Source: a virus (lineage: Duplodnaviria; Caudoviricetes). From it: a DNA stretch of 64,000 nt. The stretch lies in IMG/VR virus record IMGVR_UViG_3300021387_001774, positions 1-64,000 of that record. One strand, 5' to 3'. Under the pieces are notes generated by a model. It was not told the DNA's origin and did no database searches. It worked only from the letters and a program-made list of their open reading frames with translations. Below, one piece after another: positions 60,701 through 64,000 of the stretch; the stretch's first letter is position 1; every line of letters begins with the position of its first letter. The position numbers were made by a program, and so were the translations under genes.

Positions 60701-62613
60701 TTCATATAAAGAATAGAATTCTTATCAGACCATCCTTTATTTTCTACTTCTTCAAATGTTATAGCTTTAGTAATCCTTTGTTCATCAAATACAAAAAGTT
60801 CGTTATTTTCAAGAATCAAGAAATTAAACAATCTTGTTTTAATCATCTTCTTAATCTTATTTCTAAGATCAGAAGTATTATTATTTAGCTTATTGAATAC
60901 AGTCAATAAACTATTCTCAGTAAACAAATAACTGATTCCTGATATAACTAATTTGCTAGCATTAATAATGAATGAATGACTGGAAGATTCACCTATATAG
61001 TTAGCTCCAATATACAAGCCTGTAACATCAGAGAAACCGAATAATTCTGAATCTACTGGATTAATAGTATTGATTTTTTCTACAGGGAAATCTTCAAATT
61101 CATGTTCTGGGGACATGCTAAGATTAGTAGAATAAAGATTTGTTTCTTTATCCTTTTCTTTAATTCTATAACAAAGTTTATCTTTTTCAGTATAAATAAG
61201 AACAAGATCTGTATCATTATACTCCAAAACCATGCTCTTCTGACCAAATGTAGCATCAGAATTAGTTAAAGAATAAATCTGTTGATCAAGAATTGTATTA
61301 GAATTAGTATCAAAATAATGATAACTATTTCCAATCTTAGCAAGAATTTCATCTGATGAAAGACGAATAAAATCATCAACAGGTCTACCTAAATCATAAA
61401 GGTTATTAACATTATTAATACCTACAAAACAAGTATCATAATCATTATCTTTAAGACGAATGAATGTAAAATAGCCAATATCTTTTACCCAGAATTCTTT
61501 AATAGTTGAACCAGAATTATGTTTAATATTATCTTGAGAAGCAAGTACACGATTATCGAAAGTATTTCCATCAGATAAGATAGAAATTTCATTACGTATT
61601 TTATCGACGATAAAGGTACAAGCAAGATTATTAGAATGATAAGCATCTTCTATATTATGTGAACCTACTGCATCTGTAGCTCCATAAGTATAATCCATCT
61701 TTTTAAAATTAGTATCTAATGTACCATCGTCATTGTTTATAAAAGTCTTTCTAGCAACGTAACGATAAGGAACTATTTTACCAATATGAACTTTCAATCC
61801 ATTCTCGTTATTTGTATTATCAAATGTAAAGTAAAGATCAAATTGTGGTCCATTATCAAAAATATAAGAAACATCTCCTGTTTCTTTATATGAATGTACA
61901 TCAATAAGTTTTTTATCAATAATGTTACCAGTATTATCAGAATTATTAATGATAGCTTTGATAATAAATTCATCTGGATGATTAATTGGATCATGTCTTA
62001 TAAGGAAGAAACGACCAGATATAATTCTAGTAACAGTTACTGTTGGTTCTCTAGAAATATTCTTATCAGCATCAAACATAATTATGTCTGGATACTGTTT
62101 ATAAGTGAATGAGAACTCAATAATTTTAAGATATTCTTTTAGTGAAGTATTGAATGAGAATGTTAACATATTAGCATTAGGATCAATTACTTTTGAACCA
62201 CGTAATGCTAAGTTAGGCGTATCATTATTCAATTCAATAGATTTATTAATAAAATCGTAAGTAGTATACTTTGTATCAGCTCTTGTACCCTTTATAGCCA
62301 TAACTGATGGATGAGAATGTGTATTCTTTATATCATCAGGTACAAGATTTTCTTGAGCTACATCTACTCTATCAATTTGTGTATGTACACCCTGTACGTA
62401 GGCATCAACACCATATTCTCCAACGATTTTATCATTTACAAAATTAAGTTTACTATTAATTTCTTTTACTATATCATCAAGCTGTTTGTTGATATTTTCA
62501 AGAGATAATGAAACTTCATCATTGGAATAAATTCGTTTAGCTTTATTTTTTACTTCTTCTTCATACGCTTTTGTTACGTACATAAGGTTTGAAGAATCGG
62601 GAGATCCAGCCAT
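54724..62613 (-). CDS. Giant virion protein, tail fibre/receptor-binding-like, beta-propeller-rich
   Basis: 2629 aa; recurrent ETxxG/DTxxG blade-like motifs; AAGGAG RBS; late motif identical to that of 8533..17448. Confidence 0.55.
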   Translation of the reverse strand: MAGSPDSSNLMYVTKAYEEEVKNKAKRIYSNDEVSLSLENINKQLDDIVKEINSKLNFVNDKIVGEYGVDAYVQGVHTQIDRVDVAQENLVPDDIKNTHSHPSVMAIKGTRADTKYTTYDFINKSIELNNDTPNLALRGSKVIDPNANMLTFSFNTSLKEYLKIIEFSFTYKQYPDIIMFDADKNISREPTVTVTRIISGRFFLIRHDPINHPDEFIIKAIINNSDNTGNIIDKKLIDVHSYKETGDVSYIFDNGPQFDLYFTFDNTNNENGLKVHIGKIVPYRYVARKTFINNDDGTLDTNFKKMDYTYGATDAVGSHNIEDAYHSNNLACTFIVDKIRNEISILSDGNTFDNRVLASQDNIKHNSGSTIKEFWVKDIGYFTFIRLKDNDYDTCFVGINNVNNLYDLGRPVDDFIRLSSDEILAKIGNSYHYFDTNSNTILDQQIYSLTNSDATFGQKSMVLEYNDTDLVLIYTEKDKLCYRIKEKDKETNLYSTNLSMSPEHEFEDFPVEKINTINPVDSELFGFSDVTGLYIGANYIGESSSHSFIINASKLVISGISYLFTENSLLTVFNKLNNNTSDLRNKIKKMIKTRLFNFLILENNELFVFDEQRITKAITFEEVENKGWSDKNSILYMKPETNQDEYYLIDNAYLQNVKDVVDTPNGVIIIDKEGLYTVDESKNITCRLFFDNNSEVLKYLPSFDKYGRSGILISIDDKTAAIQKYSIYKNDYVLKEYSGNKLRYEYLDLFTSDYQLYDENVEKYDEELPVIDFHSILYISFVDHLSVLYNTIEDNNISYDEVSTYSVIQNPDYNSQKYCISPNKYGFVKYDNILSLDKSESRISDINAIKKLKIIHKADDTFTYKDAVDTIHEIVRKEYEKFRNDMVYIKGPVTYESNNSEFEPFKHIEYGTYTPNKPQVERIIDTKYGRYACCKLHNVPGVDSSYDVVWISNSALTEEIPNDNVDTKFKWLELVNCDFTTQNLFKIICLDDKRGTSFITNGQYVYKTFARDDDGTYTTPFTDNNKVSICQVDSENLTNITKTKDGEVLAWISVNGNQNIYRYDSVSQQFVQYDSLTTIFEDVVSDVSTIKIINVIKIGNNYHIIGLNHEVDDIYHLKYVIRGEKHLTMDSNGSILPLHGPLDGILDSNVEFYDFHECILAVVNNNKHPYICKYDPVSDKFIPSIHQLDYSVSGEGIMRLVEVKNNDHYDIYGGYEFIEDVLAYVQMRPYYPALFKLDVTNDSIETIIPDIKNGYLELYYDKYQKFLNISSHDVYARYFVQDDTITTLKETNNTNRPYLVSKPHKIVTQIGEKEEVEYKSYSLAEHTVEGHNDLYLTTVEQNVVPNIMYKVGVNNTLSDMIATPSVTKDEYPMTISGNIIKTYYKLDPSKTIFNLYSSGAQSYPPGSNINMVKLFKRTVKRNNTKIKIDKTVVKEPIRGFKYYKMNLNGNFDEQYDITEFDKLADYYIDDAIYQLLTPEDYIKPENNFNPDWVNKDNPEGVLLFTCVNPQFTECTSDDFVENVDPDTASINPYLFKSNTDLFYYELNTEKYVFNFDKSNFRFMDDKLFIKIPASTGREVYEIVDQTSELAPRSGVEYYTEADGVYSKVATDPFEAWAPDTVYYTKRMIYDNNVGNNPYNEHELAYSYEDISLFMQDMYRNDIINHLLPITYDKVITTKFFKLGIETRAYSTGKRVLSIERISDDLKYVEEEYFDYIIDEGNDEPLIEVNETSKYVFVTLRDTQKNIFNTYIIDGETLKWSETDVSSRKDYHYITEFENGNIYGVSLDTSVNGTMYVYKHGINDTKAFGDPLSIDVGGAMIVNAFKHTRDDGRIELLIFCFGTKYSIYRLYDDALEPFDDVDLQYLLYDANFTLLGDKFINYSRNVIYDLKTKELTYFADPTELTIHDNVESICINDETYPGINKEEFVFINKTKEHSRIYDFSEISIDPYSLYDNEKNIYTLQQASIDDNGESVLMSNQLPIVSNDDELYYTFAKARTDNLKPIYDKKYIVYGQNNELKYKNVNFDRLYNTSLGLFGIRGLEICLNEIYSNNNDFKYIVALPEWSGNQNIKPIIQEVDGEVYLCYKYVYRFNKTTYTFDKILDFTDTERVNINTINRIDEDEIIDKYYTKLFVTENNDMYYFATVDGVHNVYKYNKETKVMELHYELTDYMTVIRETSLGVLILTHDNSMYNITRKEKITTPTSVNNHIITKLDDFIEFNGEAPLFYMTVTAEDNKTYGLKYDTNTKEWKVDIRLNNTGDNRADCSKVNFNKIIQRTYTTEDGSIYQFAIHCIFDEANMCYKIGNQADTDGTVKTYLYFIRFVHRHEETDSSTGIQTVQNNIMATNYITLDNTSLDIRKIHILKSTNGPYEVIVNDYTERTRLNTVLRFIKFDITDKGYGLQMEPSLIKTVSNVNGIITGIMKYNGIYIYNCKDRLILNGFNIKEVKKEVEEDNTIKHIGYLYTFIGRNSKKWNNELTDETNTLRDKYIRKIFGLYNETSDFKETFIDNNNEYESDVDLLHSRRMTLVEFYKKYYVTHWENNKNNHLFKRRDDIMNDLYMSSSDPLKPTENGGSIFDDEQFEIELVIFGSPIETAEEEKINSIRLSNSWYLKKLNKHVSYLPYYPFDDM

Positions 62614-62650
62614 AATCTATACTCCTTTTGATTGAAATCAAGATATTTGG

Positions 62651-62664
62651 TATATAGAAATGTC
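62651..62664 (-). promoter_or_regulatory. Late-type promoter
   Basis: GACA-TTTCTA-TATA. Confidence 0.65.
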
Positions 62665-62687
62665 GTTTTGATAATATAATAGCTACG

Positions 62688-62737
62688 TTTTTAATTATAT
62701 ATTATATTAATGGAGAGTTAGAAATAACTCTACTATT
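62688..62737 (+). repeat. Early promoter + GAAA-tetraloop leader cassette, family B copy 2
   Basis: Identical to the reverse complement of 48661-48710. Confidence 0.85.
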
Positions 62738-62757
62738 AACTATAAGGAAATATTTTT

Positions 62758-63255
62758 ATGATTATTAAAGACAAGAATGGTGAAGTTGTTGGATCTGTTG
62801 AGTTATCAAAAGATGAAATGGCTATAATAAATGAGCCAGGTTTTGAATCTTTTGCTAAAGCGTATATGGATGCGCTCGTAGCTATGGAAAATCGTAAAAA
62901 AGAAAGTGAAGAAATCATACATAAGAGAGATAAAGAAAGTGAAGAGATTAAGCACAGTAGAGATAAAGAAAGTGAAGAGATTAAACATAAGAGAGATAAA
63001 GAAAGTGAAGATTTAAAATTGAAACTCGAAAACGAATTGAATGAATCAAAATATAACCGAGACAAAACGTTTGAAGAAAATATCAGCATGAGAAAAATGA
63101 AAAGTGAAGATATTATACGAATTGTAGCGGCTATAGTCGATTCAGTTAAGTATGGTATTAATGAATTTACTGGATTGTATGAGAAATATCATCAGAAGCC
63201 ACAACAAGCTACCACCGATGTTTCAAGTTATAATCCAGATAAAGCAATGATCTAA
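62758..63255 (+). CDS. Coiled-coil hypothetical protein with internal 11-aa repeats (early)
   Basis: Paralog of 48277..48639; KESEEIxHxRD x3. Confidence 0.7.
   Translation: MIIKDKNGEVVGSVELSKDEMAIINEPGFESFAKAYMDALVAMENRKKESEEIIHKRDKESEEIKHSRDKESEEIKHKRDKESEDLKLKLENELNESKYNRDKTFEENISMRKMKSEDIIRIVAAIVDSVKYGINEFTGLYEKYHQKPQQATTDVSSYNPDKAMI
62899..63011 (+). repeat. 33-bp in-frame tandem repeat (about 3.4 copies)
   Basis: AAAGAAAGTGAAGA...AGAGAT units starting at 62899, 62932, 62965 and 62998 (partial). Confidence 0.9.
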
Positions 63256-63284
63256 GAGAAGAATGAATTCAAAAGGAGTAAATC

Positions 63285-63575
63285 ATGAATGGAATCATTG
63301 AATTGAAAGATGGATTTGTATGTATTGATAAAATATCACACATACAAGATTTAGAGTTTTTGGATGCATATGGAGTGGTTAGAAATCAGATAATTATCCA
63401 TATGGTTGGATGTCCTGAAATAGTTCTAGAGTTTCAAACTCTAGAGGAAAAAGCAAAAGAATTAGAAAAACTTAAAACTTCAATTTCTAATTATTATTGC
63501 TATCATGATATTGATCGTATAAATAACTTTTTAATCGATCTATCAAATTTCCTAAAAGGATCTCCAAGATTCTGA
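63285..63575 (+). CDS. Hypothetical protein
   Basis: 96 aa, AAGGAG RBS; terminator at 63580-63609. Confidence 0.7.
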   Translation: MNGIIELKDGFVCIDKISHIQDLEFLDAYGVVRNQIIIHMVGCPEIVLEFQTLEEKAKELEKLKTSISNYYCYHDIDRINNFLIDLSNFLKGSPRF

Positions 63576-63615
63576 ATATATAAGGATCTCCACATTAGGA
63601 GATCCTTATTTTTTT

Positions 63616-64000
63616 TTATTTTGTATCAACTTTATAATAAATCAATCTATTTGGTCCTTTATATCTACCAATTTGATTTCTATCTGGATCATATATTAAT
63701 TCCCCAATAGCATTAAATAAAACAAAATGGTGTCCACCATAAGTTGGATTACTATTAGTTAACATATCAACAATAATAAAATATGAATATCCTTTACCTG
63801 GTAATCTAGGAGAAGTAAATTTATCCATATTCCAATCTTCTCCACCACCACGTAAATGTTTTGCAGCGTATTGATAAACTCTATGTTTTGTATCACCCAA
63901 TAAATCTAAAGCACATTGGGCTATTTGATCTGGACCATTTACTACACAATTATATTCTAGTGCTTGTACACCTTTGTAATTCTTTAAAGATTGAGATCGT
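63616..64000 (-). CDS. 3' part of a possible papain-like (C39/DUF261-like) peptidase, truncated by the window edge
   Basis: The frame stays open past 63900 to the window end (RSQSLKNY...NCVVNGPDQIA...). GHHFVL...LIYDP fits the His/Asp part of C39-like peptidases; the catalytic Cys would lie outside the window. Confidence 0.45.
   Translation of the reverse strand, partial: RSQSLKNYKGVQALEYNCVVNGPDQIAQCALDLLGDTKHRVYQYAAKHLRGGGEDWNMDKFTSPRLPGKGYSYFIIVDMLTNSNPTYGGHHFVLFNAIGELIYDPDRNQIGRYKGPNRLIYYKVDTK

Noticed and set aside
504-63089. The many 60-140 aa ORFs antisense to or nested in long genes (e.g. 3995..4351, 19623..19973, 30921..31334, 31779..32207, 62736..63089)
   Set aside because: Shadow frames of real genes, with no RBS or promoter support and composition mirroring the sense strand.
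1-64000. Alternative genetic code (TAG or TGA recoding) as in some gut jumbo phages
   Set aside because: Under the standard code, genes tile the window densely, including 8-9 kb ORFs. The only broken gene (nrdD) is explained by an intron.
1-64000. CRISPR array, tRNA/rRNA genes, diversity-generating retroelement
   Set aside because: I saw no regularly spaced repeat-spacer array, cloverleaf, reverse transcriptase or TR/VR pair. This was by eye; tRNAscan and CRISPR finders would be decisive.

Overview
A very AT-rich, gene-dense segment of a jumbo myophage of the phiKZ/AR9(PBS1)-like supergroup, probably infecting an anaerobe (it carries a class III ribonucleotide reductase). The standard genetic code fits. 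The window holds: (1) a virion module with a prohead protease, several probable head proteins with S/A/G-x-E propeptides, a baseplate/tail-tube cluster and two giant (2971 and 2629 aa) beta-rich tail-fibre-like proteins; (2) a replication/nucleotide module with the exonuclease + motif A half of a split family B DNA polymerase, and nrdD interrupted by a 961-nt group IA2 intron encoding an HNH homing endonuclease; (3) a probable sigma-like specificity subunit of the non-virion RNA polymerase; (4) many orphan genes. A two-tier promoter code can be read from the intergenic DNA. An early-type motif (AATTATATATTATATTAATG) precedes non-structural genes. A late-type motif (NACA-N6-TATA, 11 copies, AR9-like) precedes mostly virion genes. 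The early motif occurs in repeated promoter + 5'-hairpin cassettes, one of which appears empty (promoter, hairpin, terminator, no ORF), and once as a perfect 26-bp palindrome between divergent genes. All functional calls rest on motif recognition by eye; no database search was possible. Several starts were moved from the ORF track to RBS-supported ATGs.
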